Shown here: one piece after another, positions 23,950-38,133 of the stretch
Position numbering within the stretch: the first letter of the stretch is position 1
Layout of the letters: every line of letters begins with the position of its first letter
DNA from: Octopus sinensis
Lineage: Eukaryota
Reading direction: 5' to 3'
DNA: 64,000 nucleotides
Assembly (NCBI RefSeq): GCF_006345805.1
Contig: NC_043021.1
Span: 13,144,001 to 13,208,000 of the forward strand
Translations under genes and position numbers: made by a program
Notes under the pieces: model-generated
Told to the model about the DNA's origin: nothing
Database searches by the model: none
What the model saw: only the letters and a program-made list of their open reading frames with translations

Positions 23950-24340
23950 TCTCTCTCTATATAAAGCTGAAGTTGTCTGTGTGTGGCAGGTTTGGTAGCC
24001 TTCAACTAACACTATTTCTTCCGAGACCCTGCGGCGCAAGTTGACCAAAATTGAGAGTATGATAGAAGAAGGCTTGCTCTTCCTTCCATAGAAGATAAAA
24101 TACAAATCAGACCATGTTAACACCAAAAATTATTTACATCAAAAAGGTGCTTTTTTTCTATGAAAATCCTTATTTTTTACAATTTTTTGACTGCTGTGTC
24201 GCCATTTTTCGGTGTATTTCAACCAGAAAATGTTCACTTAAAGAGAATATCAAGCTACATAATGCAAAATTTTTACTTTTCAAAAATTCCAATTCTAAAG
24301 GGTCAAAACAAACCCGTGCAATGCTAGGCAATACTGCTAG
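23950..24340 (+). mobile_element. Non-autonomous Helitron
   Basis: 5' TC..TATATAAAG start after an A; 3' degenerate hairpin 'cccgtgcaatgctaggc' then CTAG followed by T (A|T insertion site). Confidence 0.7.
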
Positions 24341-24369
24341 TTATTAATATAGTCATTTATTAAAGTGGT

Positions 24370-25215
24370 GAATTAGCAGAATCATTAGCAGGCTGCACAA
24401 AATGCTTGGCAGCTTTACATCTGTCTTCATGTTCTGAGTTCAAATTCTGCGAAGTCGATTTTGCCTTTTATCCTTTCAGGGCTGATAAAATAAGTACCAT
24501 TTGAGCACTGGGATCGATGTAATTGGCTAACCCCTTCTCCTAAAATTGCTGGCCCTTGCACCAAAATCTGAAACCAATATAGCCATTTATTAAGTTGATT
24601 ATAATAATGGTTTCAAATCTTGGCATAAGGCCAAAATTACATCAGGCCTCAGTACTTAACTGGTACTTACTTCATCATCCCAAAAAGATGAAAGGCAAAG
24701 TCTACCTTGGCTGAATTTGAACTCAGAACGTCAGGATGAAGTTCAGGTTGAAGGGGTTAGTTGATTACAATGACCCCAGTACTTAACTGGTACTTATTTT
24801 ATCAACCCCAAAAAGATGAAAGGCAAAGTCTACCTTGGCTGAATTTGAACTCAGAACATCAGGATGAAGTTCAGGTTGAAGGTGTTAGTTGATTACATTG
24901 ACCCCGGTACTTAACTGGTACTTATTTTATCAACCCCAAAAAGATAAAAGGCAAAGTCCACCTTGGCAGAATTTGAACACAGAATATAAAGATAAATGAA
25001 ATGCTACTAAGCATTTTGCCCAGCATGGTAACAATTCTGACAGTTTGCTGCCTTCCCAGAATCCGAACACACCAGTTTCAAATTTCGGCACAACGCCAGC
25101 AAGTTCAAGGGAGGGGCGAAGTTGATTACATTGACCTTAGTGCTCAACTGGTACTTATTTTATTGACCCCAAAAGGATGAAAGGCAAAGTCGACCTCAGT
25201 GGAATTTGAACACAG
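24370..25215. mobile_element. Cluster of family B-related SINE fragments with local tandem duplications
   Basis: Repeated 'aaaaagatgaaaggcaaagtctaccttggctgaatttgaactcagaac' units. Confidence 0.75.
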
Positions 25216-25478
25216 ACTGCCTTCCTCCAACTGTTAAACATAGAGGAGGATCTGTGATGATCTAGGGAGGGGACTATATCTTGAAATCCACTGGCCCAAT
25301 GGTTTCCGTTCATGGCAGAATTAATAGTCAAGACTATTTAATCATTTCATCTGATCAAATTCATCCTATGGTCGCAGAACTATTTCCAGAGGGAAACGCA
25401 GTCTTTCAAGATGACAATGTACCAATTCACACAGCTAAAGTTGTTACTGAATGGCACGAGGAACATTTTAGTGAACCG
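25216..25478 (+). pseudogene. Tc1-like transposase catalytic fragment
   Basis: PTVKHRGGSVMI*G...G.INSQDY...VFQDDNVPIHTAKVV.EW. Confidence 0.85.
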
Positions 25479-25555
25479 TGGTTTGGATTTTGACTACTCC
25501 TTCTAGCATGTAAGGCATACTGTTATAGTCACCTCTTTTGTGTTTAAATGTAGAC

Positions 25556-25587
<32 letters not shown>

Positions 25588-25594
<7 letters not shown>

Positions 25595-25768
25595 AAAAAT
25601 GGTACAAGATTTCTGATGAAGGTACAAGACTTCAAAGCGCCTTGAAGGCTCAAGACTTTTCGTACACCCCTCATATATACATATATAGTATATACATATA
25701 TATATATGCATATATATACATATATACATATACATATATATACATATACATATATACTATACATATAC

Positions 25769-25828
<60 letters not shown>

Positions 25829-25927
25829 GCATTATATTCATATACATATATTACATATGCATATATATCATATACATATATACATATACAATATATACAT
25901 AAAAATATATACACATATATATTATAT

Positions 25928-25990
<63 letters not shown>

Positions 25991-26120
25991 TGATGTCTAT
26001 GCATGGTACCATGCACATATATGCACGTTAACATGTATATATGTGCATGTGTGTTTGCATGCATATATGTTGTGTATTTGTTGTATATATATATATATAT
26101 ATATACACATACATACAGAC
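25588..26120. repeat. Mariner-type terminus (25588-25673) running into a (TA)n/(CATA)n tract
   Basis: Reverse complement 'tatgaggggtgtacgaaaagtcttgagcc' is TIR-like. Confidence 0.55.
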
Positions 26121-26879
26121 AGACATCTGTACTTACATGAAGGCTTTCAAAGTGTTACTGAGAGGGAGAGAGAGAGAGACAGACAGAGAGAATCACACAC
26201 ATGTGTGTGTGTGTGTACAGACACTCATATATGACATATGCAGTGATCTATTTAACTCTCTTCCTCCATATATAATGTGTGCGTGCGTGGTGTGTATGCG
26301 CCTGAGGAAATGTATTTATATGTATGTGTGTGTGTGTGTGGTCATATGTATGTCAGGCTGGAGATGGTGGTGACATTGGTGACAGAGGTGCGCGTGGTTG
26401 TATGCATGACTAAATACATATGTGTGCGTGTGTGTGTGTGCACACGTGAGTGTGTGTCATACATTTTATAAGACCAAGAGTACAGCTGGAGGAGGAGGTG
26501 GAGGAGGAGGAGGAAGCGAAGACAATGAATGAGGTGGAAGAGATGAAGTTGGAGGAGGAGGAGGAAGAGGAGGAGGAAGTGCGGTGGCGGAGCAGGAAGA
26601 GAAAAAGGAGGGGGTGCAGGTGAGGTGGAGGAGGTGGTGGTGGTGCTTTAGTTGGAACTAACTACCTTTCCTCTCGCAGAAGCAATTGTCACACTAGCAA
26701 TCATCAATAGTAGCGATGGTACCATCAACGCCATGGTGATGATGATGATGATGATGATGACGACGACAACACCACCATGACCACCACCGCCACTGCCACA
26801 ACTACCACCACCGCCAATGCCACAACCACCACCACCATCACTATCGTTATTATCAACATCATCACGACTACCACCAGTC

Positions 26880-28231
26880 ATTAGTACCAGTGTATAGTAC
26901 CATCTTCATCACCAGCACTGCCACCACCAACACCACTACGCCAGCATTTAGTGTCAGTGTACAGTACCACCATCCCCACTACCACCACCACCAGTACTGC
27001 TACCAAAACTATCACCACCACGCCAGCATTTAGTGCCAGCATACAGTACCAACATCACCACCACCACCACCACCACCACCAGCATGGCTACCAAAACTAC
27101 CACCACCAAATTACCAGCGTACAGTACCACCCTATCACCACCACCAGCACTATCACCAAAACTATTACCACCGCTACCACCACTACCACACCAGCATGTA
27201 GTGTCAGAGAACAGTACCACCATCCCCCCCCACCAGCACTGTCACAAAACTACCAGCACCACCACACCAGTATGTAGTGTCAGCGTATAGTACTACGATC
27301 ACCACCACCACCACCACCATCACCGCCACCACATTAACATACTTCAGCTCAACCTTCAACAAGGGAGCTTCTTCTAGATGGTCGTTTCACGTGCTTGAAA
27401 TAGCAGCCAAAATTTCTATCAAATCTTGTCTGCAAGGACATGGATAATGTTGCACTTGGTTCTCTGCACATAGGGGAAAAGAAGGGATGGTCACAACTGG
27501 AAATGCTTTCAATCCTAGGTCTGCTTGATCAGGGCTAACCTGGGGCTTTAAACGACAACAACAGCAACAACCGAAACTAATTGGAGGCTCACCATTGAAA
27601 TGTGTTGATCATAAGCTCTACTTCGCCAGGACTGGCCTAGGGCTAAACAATCAACCTCTACCTCCACGACAATCATCATCATCATTATCATCAACACCAT
27701 CATCACCGGCATTATCACCATCACTGCCACTACCACCACCACTGCTGCTGCCACCACCACCACCACCACCACCACCACCACCGCTGCTGCCACCACCACT
27801 ACCACCACCACCGCTGTTGCCACCACCACCACCACCACCACCACTACCACCACCACTACCACCACTACCACCACCACCACCACCACCACCACCACCACCA
27901 ACACCATCATCAGTACCATCACCACCATTTTTACCATTACCATTAACAGCTACTGTGGTAGCAGCTATGTGGCAGCTCGGCATGCTAGAAACAACAAGCA
28001 AATTCAGAAGAAAAAAAATGGAAAGAGAATGAAGGACAAATGAGATAAAGTATAGAGAGATAATAACGTTGAATCTGCAAAGAAATAACAAAAAAAAACC
28101 CCAAAAAACAAACAAACCAAACAAAAAACGGAAGCCAAAAAATCTTCAGTCATCCAGACATCCTTGCATCAACACCAAATGGCACTTCAGAGCAAACAAG
28201 ACTATGGCTACCACCACCCTCTATCACTACA

Positions 28232-28263
<32 letters not shown>

Positions 28264-28553
28264 CACCACCATCCACTACTACTACTACCACCACCACCAC
28301 CACTACTACTACTACCACCACCACCACCACAACCATCATCTACTACTACTACTACTACTACCACCACCATCACCACTATTGCTAGTGCCACAACCCCCAC
28401 CCACTACTACTACTGCTGCTGCTGCTACTACTACTACTACTACTACTACCAGCACCCACTACTACTACTACCACCACCCACTACTACTACAACTACCACC
28501 ACCACCCACTACTACTACCCACCACCACCACCACCACCACCACCCACTATCAC

Positions 28554-28589
<36 letters not shown>

Positions 28590-28657
28590 CACCATCCACT
28601 ACTACTACCACCACCACCACCATCCACTACTACCACCACCACCACCACAACCATCAC

Positions 28658-28702
<45 letters not shown>

Positions 28703-28751
28703 TCACCACTATTGCTAGTGCCACAACCCCCACCCACTACTACTACTGCTG

Positions 28752-28785
<34 letters not shown>

Positions 28786-28935
28786 CAGCACCCACTACTA
28801 CTACTACCACCACCCACTACTACTACAACTACCACCACCACCCACTACTACTACCCACCACCACCACAACCACCACCCACTACTACTACCACCACCACCA
28901 CCACCACCCGCCACTGCTGCTGCCACCACTACCAC
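26880..28935. repeat. (CAC/CTA)n low-complexity blocks with an internal 333-bp duplication
   Basis: 'attgctagtgccacaacccccaccc' occurs at about 28378 and about 28711. Confidence 0.85.
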
Positions 28936-29859
28936 AGTGTCTTGGTCTCTAAAAAAACTGGTATCATTGTTGTCAGATGAAATGTCATCTTAAATGCTAC
29001 ACAATGGCTGATGAGGTCAAACAGAGACAGACAGACACATTCACACAGACACACATGTACACACACACTCATACATGTGTACATACATACGTACATACAT
29101 ACATATATATTTACACACATTCGCATACCCAAACATATATACACCTGTAGAGCCGGACACAGGCATAACCATGATGCAGATGCAGACGTATATGTTTGCT
29201 TGCATCAGCATAACTGCACTTGCACACCCACACATAACAACCACACGCATGCACACATGTGCAATCTAAAGATGGAGCTTCTATGCAGTTGTTTGATTTG
29301 CTAGAAATAGCAGCTGTGTCATGCCCTTCTTTTCTTTATGCATTAACCCTTCTTAATTGAGTTTGGCTTTTAGGAGAAAAGAGACAGCTGTGAGAGTGTG
29401 TGTGTGTATGTATGAATAAATGACAAAATGTGTGTGCATGTGTGTGGCTGCGTGAGTGTTTGGTGTGTTGACAGTATGATGGTGGAGGTGGGGAAAGAGT
29501 TACAAATCATTAATCTTAATGTGATGGCAGCTTACTCCGACTTTTGTATCCATCCCTTCACCCGTCATTGGAACCAAAGCTGAACTAGGATTTGGGTTTC
29601 CCTTGTACCTGTGCTAGCCCCTTGGATCTTCACACAGAACGCCAGTTGATTAACTTGACCCTCACCCAAGTACTTGACATACTTCTCTATTTTATCAACT
29701 TTGGTAGGAAGAAAGCAACAGTTGGTCTTGTCAGGATTTGAACTTAAAACCTAAAAACATGGAATGATCGTTGCAAGGCAATTTGCTTGATACTTTAAAT
29801 GCAGTCATGGGCAAACTGCATCGCACAGGGCTTTCTGAATAGGATGGCATCGAAAAACT

Positions 29860-31150
29860 ACCTTGAATTGTTTTCATAGTGTAGCTAGCCTGATGATGAG
29901 CCATATTTCATGTAGCCTACTTGATTATGAGCCATGTTTCATGTGGCTTTCCTAATGATGAACCATATCCCATGCAGCCAGCATGATGATGAGCAATGTC
30001 TCTCATTGTCCTTATGATGATGAGCTATGTCTCATGTGGCCAGTCTGATGATGAGCTATGTCTCATGTGGCCAGTCTGATGAAGATCCATGTCTCATGTG
30101 GCCAGTCTGATGATGAGCCATGTCTCATGTGGCCAGTCTGATGATGAGCCATGTTTCATGTAGCCAGTCTGATGATGAGCCATGTTTCATGTGGCCAGTC
30201 TGATGATGAGCCATGTCTCATGTGGCCAGTCTGATGATAAGCTATGTCTCATGTGGCCAGTCTGATGATAAGCCATGTCTCATGTGGTCAGTCTGATGAT
30301 AAGCCATGTCTCATGTGGCCAGTCTGATGAAGATCCATGTCTCATGCAGCCAACTTGATGATGAACCATGTCTCATGTGGCCAGTCTGATGATGAGCCAT
30401 GTTTCATGTAGCCAGTCTGATGATGAGCCATGTTTCATGTGGCCAGTCTGATGATGAGCCATGTCTCATGTGGCCAGTCTGATGATGAGCCATGTCTCAT
30501 GTGGCCAGTCTGATGATAAGCTATGTCTCATGTGGCCAGTCTGATGATAAGCCATGTCTCATGTGGTCAGTCTGATGATAAGCCATGTCTCATGTGGCCA
30601 GTCTGATGAAGAGCCATGTCTCATGTGGCCAGTCTGATGATGAGCCATGTCTCATGTGGCCAGTCTGATGATGAGCCATGTTTCATGTAGCCAGTCTGAT
30701 GATGAGCCATGTTTCATGTGGCCAGTCTGATGATGAGCCATGTCTCATGTGGCCAGTCTGATGATAAGCTATGTCTCATGTGGCCAGTCTGATGATAAGC
30801 CATGTCTCATGTGGTCAGTCTGATGATAAGCCATGTCTCATGTGGCCAGTCTGATGAAGATCCATGTCTCATGCAGCCAACTTGATGATGAACCATGTCT
30901 CATGCAGCCCACCTGATGATGAGCCTTGTTTTATGCAGTCTGCATGATAATGAGCCATGTTTCATGCAGCCAACTTGATGATGATCCATGTCTCATGGGG
31001 CTAGCCTGATGATGATCCATGTCTCATGGGGCCAGCCTGATGACGATCCATGCCTCATGGGGCCAGCCTGATGACGATCCATGTCTCATAGGGCCAGCCT
31101 GATGATGATCCATGTCTCAGGCAGCCCACCTGATGATGAGCCATGTCTGG
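29860..31150. repeat. 31-bp minisatellite with higher-order repeat structure
   Basis: Unit 'gatgatgagccatgtctcatgtggccagtct'; about 40 units, with diverged flanks. Confidence 0.92.
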
Positions 31151-31944
31151 TCTAATGCTTCTACCAGCCTGTCTGCTTCTGCCTTAAAACAAGAAGAAAA
31201 CATTGGATCGTAGGCTTGGAAATCTAGGATTGTGAAATCTAGGTCTGTGCTGCCTTGGAAATCTAGAGTTGTGCTGCCCTTCCATCCAGCACCAAACAGT
31301 AAAAATAAGATAAGATAAAATAAAATATATAAGAAATAAACAAAAACGTTTCTAGAGCTAGCAAAATACAAAGGGAATCAGAATCCTGTAAGTTAAAATG
31401 TCATAGATCAATGGGTTTGCTGGATCATCAGAATTGATCTGAGTTTGAAAGTAGTGTTAGACTTGGCAACAGATCAAGGAAGCACAGGCAGAGAGACTCA
31501 ACATTTGATAGAGTTGTAGGAATGCTATTGTGACATACAAATGGCCTTGTGCGTTTTAAACAACAACAATAACTCAAATTAAATTCTGATGGGGGAATTT
31601 ATACATATATATGAATATATTGATATATACATACATATCATACATATACATACATATATGTACACATACCATATATATATATATATTATATATATATATA
31701 TACGTACACACACACACACATACATACATACATACATACATACATACATACCATACATATATACACACATAGATATATTATATATATACACATACATCAT
31801 ACATATATACATACATACCATACATATATATACAAATATAGATATATTACATATACACATACATCATACATATATACATACATACATACACTCATACACA
31901 CACACACATACATACATACACACATACATACATACACACATACA

Positions 31945-31975
<31 letters not shown>

Positions 31976-32237
31976 TTATGTATACATAGCTTAAAAACCA
32001 CACTCCGTGCAGATTTTTATGCTAGCCCTTGTGCAGGTCTAATTGGGCCTGCAGCCCCAAACCAAAGAGAACAATAATAATAAAGCCTTTATTGGTACCC
32101 TACCAATATGGTCTTACCCTAACAATATGCTATTACTTTAAATTCGGTTTAAATGAAAAACTTGTAAGCTCACAAATTTTTGGAGTTCTTCTAAAATTTG
32201 AATAGATGTGTGTGTGTGTGTATGTGTGTGTGTGTGT

Positions 32238-32270
<33 letters not shown>

Positions 32271-32697
32271 TGTGTGTGTGTCTGTGTGTGTGTCTGTGTG
32301 TGTGTCTGTGTGTGTATGTGTGTGTGTGTGTCTGTGTGTGTGTCTGTGTGTGTATGTGTGTGTGTGTGTCTGTGTGTGTGTGTGTGTCTGTGTGTGTCTG
32401 TGTGTGTGTGTGTGCGTGCGTGTGTGGTGTGTGTGTGTGTGTTTGTCCTCCACCACCGCTTGATAACTGGCTTAGATGTGTTTACATCCACGTAACTGAG
32501 TGGTCCAGTAAAAGCGGTCAATTAAAAAGTACCAGGTGTAAAAAATAAAGAACCAGTATTGATTTGTTTGATTAAAAATGTTCAAGGAGGAGCCCCAGCC
32601 TGGCCAAAGTCTAATGACTGAAAAAGATAAAAGAACCACTAGATTCCTTAGTGAAACTTAAAGCTAAGGGAGGTAACTCATGTATCTCTCACAGTCA

Positions 32698-33547
32698 CTT
32701 TACCTGCTAGAAATAGCAACCGAAATGCTTTTAAATCAGATCCCAATGCTGGATGTTCAAGAACCAAATGAAGGGCAGATTTTCAATCCTGGGATCATCC
32801 TGATTCCAAAAAGGTTATAATATGTCTATGCAGAGCAAATGTAGACTGAGATATAGGGGTCCCAGACAGACAGAATTTCATTTTTATTAATATAGATAAT
32901 GGTGGAGGCGCAATGGCCCAGTGGTTAGGGCAGCGGACTTGCGGTCGGAGGATCGCGGTTTCGATTCCCAGACCGGGCGTTGTGTGTGTTTATTAAGCAA
33001 AAAGACCTAAAGCTCCACGAGGCTCCGGCAGGGGGTGGTAGCGACCCCTGTTGTACTCTATCGCTCCAACTTTCTCTTACTCTTTCTTTCTGTTTCTTGA
33101 GTAACGCTGCGATGGACTGGCATCCTGTCCAGTTGGCAGGGAACACAGAACACATAGGCCACAGAAACCAGGAAACTGGGCCCATGAGCCTGGCTAAGCT
33201 TGAAAAGGGCACATAAATAAAAACTAAATATAGATAATGTACTATTCCATGATGGTAAGATCAACAAAAAGAGTACTCTGTCTAGTGAGAGATAAATATC
33301 ATTTAATAGACTCAATACACGTTTTTATGAGCTACTGATAGTGTATATATCTATTATAATAAAAGCAGAATTCTATCTGTCTGGGACCCCTGTATACCCA
33401 TCTACATTTGCTCTACATAGACATATTATAGCTTCTTGGAATCAGGATGATTCCAGAATTGAAAATCTGCCCTTCATTTGGTTTTTGAACATCCAGTATT
33501 GGGATCTGATTTAAAAGCATTTGGGTTGCTACTTACAGCAGGTAAAG
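32698..33547. mobile_element. Inverted repeat with arms of about 200 bp (32698-32898 and 33348-33547)
   Basis: The arms are imperfect reverse complements; their inner ends resemble Helitron 5' termini. Confidence 0.75.
32902..33226 (+). mobile_element. tRNA-derived SINE of a distinct family (V-domain-like), single copy in this window
   Basis: Head 'tggcccagtggttagggcagcggact...ggtttcgattccc'; block 'gcgatggactggcatcctgtccag'; 13-bp TSD AATATAGATAATG at 32889-32901 and 33227-33239. Confidence 0.85.
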
Positions 33548-33868
33548 CTTGGCTAATTCACACCATTTTGGTTAGTGTTTGTTTGTAAGATGATGTCAGA
33601 AATCAAGGGTAAGATAAATGACATTGTTTCGTTAATTTTACGTTGAGATAAGAACTTTGGGACAGGAACAATAGAATGATTGCATTATAGAATTAATTCG
33701 CGTCCGGCTTTAACCTCTTGTCAAACACTACCAAGGTATGTGGTCACTATAAATGCATTATAGTTATGGCATTTAGCTCTCTTTAGTTTTAGACTGCAGG
33801 CTCAATTAGCCCTCTGCAAGAGCTAGCCTAAAAGTCCATGCAGAGGGCAGCTTTTAACCTAGTATACC

Positions 33869-33907
<39 letters not shown>

Positions 33908-33929
33908 ATATATATATATCATCAGCATC

Positions 33930-34200
33930 ACCATCATCATCATTTAACATCCGCTTTCCATGCTAGCATGGGTTGGACGGTTCAGCTGGGGTCTGGGAAG
34001 CCAGAAGGCTGCACCAGGCTCCAGTCTGATCTGGCAGTGTTTCTACAGCTGGATGCCCTTCCTAACGCCAACCACTCCGTGAGTTTAGTGGGTGCTTTTT
34101 ATGTGTCACCGGCACAGGTGCCAGACGAGGCTGGCAAACGGCCACGATCGGATGGTACCTTTTACATGCCACCGGCATGGAGACCAGATGAGGCTGGCAT
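33930..34200 (-). mobile_element. SINE family C
   Basis: Reverse complement of the family C core. Confidence 0.85.
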
Positions 34201-34505
34201 TACATGCATATAAGAGGGATGACCACTAAGTGGACATCCATTATGCAAGAAGTCAAGCCCCTATGGTCAAACCACTAGGAAAGGAATGTTCTCTGCTAAA
34301 TTTTCTTGAGAACAATCCTTTCTTAGTGGTAAGACCATAGGGGATCGACTTCTAGCATAATGGATGTCCACTTAGTGGTCATCCCTCTTATATGTATGTA
34401 ATATAATTTTTGTGAATCTTCAGATTTTTCAATATGCTAGACCACTGGTTTTAAATTGATATTAATCAAATTAATATTCAATTTTTCACCCTTATTATTT
34501 TAAAT
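34200..34505. mobile_element. Inverted-terminus element of the same family as 55196-55700
   Basis: 'tacat-catataagagggatgaccactaagtggacatccattatgc' and its reverse complement, plus a shared AT-rich tail. Confidence 0.75.
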
Positions 34506-34520
34506 ATATATATATATATA

Positions 34521-34756
34521 TTAGGTGGTGCATAATTACTGCGGCTTTTTTCAACAAAAATAATAACAATATGTAACGAAAACATCTTTAAATGATTATT
34601 CCGGAGCATATTCACCATCTACTTCAATTACTGCTCTCCATTTGCTTGGCAGACGGTCAGACCATCATTTAAAGATGATTTTGTTAAATATTGTTATTGG
34701 TTTTGTTGAATAAAATTTGCTAAAAAAAAAAACGCAATAATTATGCACCGACCGAA
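34521..34756 (-). mobile_element. Mariner-derived MITE
   Basis: TIRs TTAGGTGGTGCATAATTACTGCG and CGCAATAATTATGCACCGACCGAA; retains the C-terminal DRLPSKWRAVIEVDGEYAPE*. Confidence 0.75.
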
Positions 34757-34794
34757 TATATATGTAGATTTAAATATGAATCAATGGTTTAAAC

Positions 34795-35046
34795 AATAAT
34801 AATGATGATGATAATGATGATAATGAAGATGATGATGATGATGATGAAGATGATGATGACAAGGATGATGATGAAGATGATGATGATGAAGATGATGATG
34901 ATGATGATGATGAAGATGATGATGACAAGGATGATGAAGATAATGATGATGATGATGATGATGATGAAGATGATGATGACAAGGATGATGAAGATGATAA
35001 TGATGATGAAGATGATGATGAAGATGATGATGATGATGATGATGAA

Positions 35047-35077
<31 letters not shown>

Positions 35078-35160
35078 ATGATGATGATGATGAAGATGAT
35101 GATGACAAGGATGATGATGAAGATAATAATGATGATGAAGATGATTATGATGATGACAAC
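34795..35160. repeat. (GAT)n microsatellite with GAA/GAC/AAT variants
   Basis: Directly visible. Confidence 0.95.
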
Positions 35161-35524
35161 AACGAAGTTGCTGGTCAGTTTGAGGGTGGAGCTTGTAGTA
35201 GAAGAAACTCGTACCAAGTGCCATGCAGTGGGATTGAACTTAATACTTTATAATTGCAAAGCAAACTGCTCGAACACTCATCCACGCCTGCATGAATCTA
35301 AATGGAAAGTGCCCAGCTGACTTGGGTTTGTCTTTGAGATGGTGCGCATTGGCCTGTCTCTCAGACTTTGTGTAACTAAGGCACCGTGACACATTCACAT
35401 ACATGCACAGACACAAGAACGGATGCAGGATATGCAAAGATGTACACACACAGGAAACTACATGTACACCCCCCACACACACACATACATACATATACAC
35501 TCATAAACACCAGTTTCAATAAGC

Positions 35525-35932
35525 ACATTTCTTTTTTTTACTTGTTTCAGTCATTTGACTGCGGCCATGCTGGAGCACCGCCTTCAATCGAGCAAATCGA
35601 CCCCAGAACTTATTCTTTGTAAGCCCAGTACTTATTCTATCGGTCTCTTTTGCCGAACTGCTAAGTGACGGGGACGTAAACACACCAGCATCAGTTGTCA
35701 AGCAATGCTAGGGGGACAAACACAGACACACAAACACACACACACACATATATATATGTACATATATATGACAGGCTTCTTTCAGTTTCCGTCTACCAAA
35801 TCCACTCACAAGGCTCTGGTTGGCCCGGGGTTATAGCAGAAGACACTTGCCCAAGATGCCACGCAGTGGGACTGAACCCAGAACCATGTGGTTGGTAAGC
35901 AAGCTACTTACCACACATCCACTCCTGTGCCT
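35525..35932 (-). mobile_element. SINE family A
   Basis: Full reverse-complement copy. Confidence 0.88.
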
Positions 35933-37119
35933 GTGTAGAAACTTCCATACACACACACACACACACGCACATACACTCATTAACACCCACACTTCCATAA
36001 ACACTAGTTTTGATAGGCATATGTGCAAAATTTCCATACACACACACACACACACACATGCATGCACATACATACACATTCATAAATACATATTTCAATA
36101 AGCACCCATACACACACATACATGTACACATACACACACATAGATGCATACCAATAACACCACCACCACCACCACCACCATCACCGACCTCCACTATCAT
36201 CTCCCATCCTCATCAACTGACATCTCTTACTTCACCTCCTCACCCTCCATCCTTACATTCAGACTTCTTAAAGCCGGGGGGGGGGTTTTCTAAAAATAGG
36301 TACCACAGATAATCACACCCCCACCCTTAAACATACTTCCCCCTCCTACACACACACTTCTCCCTCCCTCCCCCACCACCCTACAGAACCCAAATGGCTC
36401 AGGACGATGGGGAAGGATGTAAGCATCCTACAATGTTGTTGAAACCAGTGGGAGAGAAAGAGAGAGAGAGAGAGAGAGAGGGAGAGGAAAGGAGAGAGAG
36501 AAAGAGAGAGAGAGAGAGGGAGAGGAAAGGAGAGAGAGAGAAAGAGAGAGAGAGGAAAGGAGAGAGAGGAAAGGAGAGAGAGGAAAGGAGAGAGAGGAAA
36601 GGAGAGAGAGGAAAGGAGAGAGAGGAAAGGAGAGAGAGGCACAAATTGTTATATGAGGCAGGTTTGCAGGAGAGCAAATACTGGGTCACGAGTTCAAACC
36701 TTGTTAGCGTTGACCTACAAATGTGACTTTAGGGTGACTGGTGGTGGTGGCAGTGGGGAGTATTGGTAGCAGAGGTGGTGGAGGTGGTGGTAGTAGTAGT
36801 GGTGGTGGTGGTGTTGGTGGTGGTGTTATGGTGTTTGCTTCTACATGCATATGTGCAAAAAGAGGGAATTGTACCTGTGTGTGTGTGTTTGTGTGCATAA
36901 TAATAATCCTTTCTTATTTTGGCACAAGGCCAGCAATTTTGAGGAGTGGGGAAGTTGATAACATCGACCCCAGTGTCCAACTGGTACTCATATTATTGAC
37001 CACTATGCCATATGCCCGTGGGCATATGACATAGTGGTTAAGAGCGCAGGTTACTAATTCCAAGATTCTGAGTTCAAATCTAGGCAGTGACCTGAATAAT
37101 TATAATAATAATAATAATA

Positions 37120-37169
<50 letters not shown>

Positions 37170-37358
37170 TATAATAATAATAATTATACCAAAAAAATTC
37201 CTTAGGAATGAGAATTCAGGTTGGAGGCAGCCGAAACAAATATCCATCAAATGTAAATGTAAATAATGTAAATAATGTACATAATTCCTCATCTCTTAAA
37301 TAGAGAACTGTATTACCTTCTCTTCTTCTATTTTCTTAACGCCATTTTCAAATTTTAT

Positions 37359-38130
37359 AGGCATAGGAGTGGCTGTGTGGTAAGTAGCTTGCTTACCAAC
37401 CACATGGTTCCAGGTTCAGTCCCACTGCGTGGCACCTTGGGCAAGTGTCTTCTACTATAGCCTCAGACCAACCAAAGCCTTGTCAGTGGATTTGGTAGAT
37501 GGAAACTGAAAGAAGCCCGTTGTGTATATGTATATGTATATATATGTGTGTGTTTGTGTGTTTGTGTGCCTGTGTTTGACAATAGATGCTGGTGTGTTTA
37601 CGTCCCTGTAACTTAGTGGTTCGGCAAAAGAGACCAATAGAATAAGTACTAGGCTTACAAAGAATAAGTCCTGGGGTTCGTTTGCTTGACTAAAGGTGGT
37701 GCTCCAGCATGGCTGTGGTCAAATGACTGAAACAAAAGTAAAAGAGTGAGAAAAAAAGAGACCCCCGAAAGGACGAAAGGCAAAAATCAAACCTGGTTGA
37801 ATTTGAACTCAGAACATAAAGATGGACAAAATGCCACTAAGCATTTTGTCCAGCATGCTAACCATTCTGCCATCTGACAACCTTTGGGTGTGTAATATTA
37901 ACTCATTTAGCAAGGTGGCGAGTAGGCAGAAACGTTAGCATGCTGGGCGAAATGCTTAGCAGTATTTCGTCTGTCTTTACGTTCTGAGTTCAAATTCTGC
38001 TGAGGTCGACTTTGCCTTTCATCCTTTTGGGGTCGATAAATTAAGTACCAGTTGCATACTGGGGTCAATCTAATTGATAGGCACCCCGCTCCCCAAAGAT
38101 TTTGGGCCTTGTGCCAAGAGTAGAAAAGAA
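37359..38130. mobile_element. SINE family A (37359-37750, plus strand) and family B copies (37765-37880 minus, 37915-38130 plus)
   Basis: Family-diagnostic blocks present. Confidence 0.82.
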
Positions 38131-38133
38131 TAT

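Noticed and set aside
27595-28993. Long Pro/Thr/Tyr/His-rich ORFs (mucin- or extensin-like)
   Set aside because: They are read-through of CAC/CTA trinucleotide tracts, open in several frames and both strands, with no splice or domain evidence.
29860-31150. CTGATGA in every minisatellite unit as a hammerhead core or C/D-box snoRNA array; CRISPR-like appearance
   Set aside because: There is no GAAA core partner or stem architecture, no unique spacers or guides between units, and the context is eukaryotic.
31117-31371. Minus-strand ORF and acceptor-like site leading into the minisatellite
   Set aside because: No recognisable domain, and the 31-bp unit introduces stops within a few repeats.
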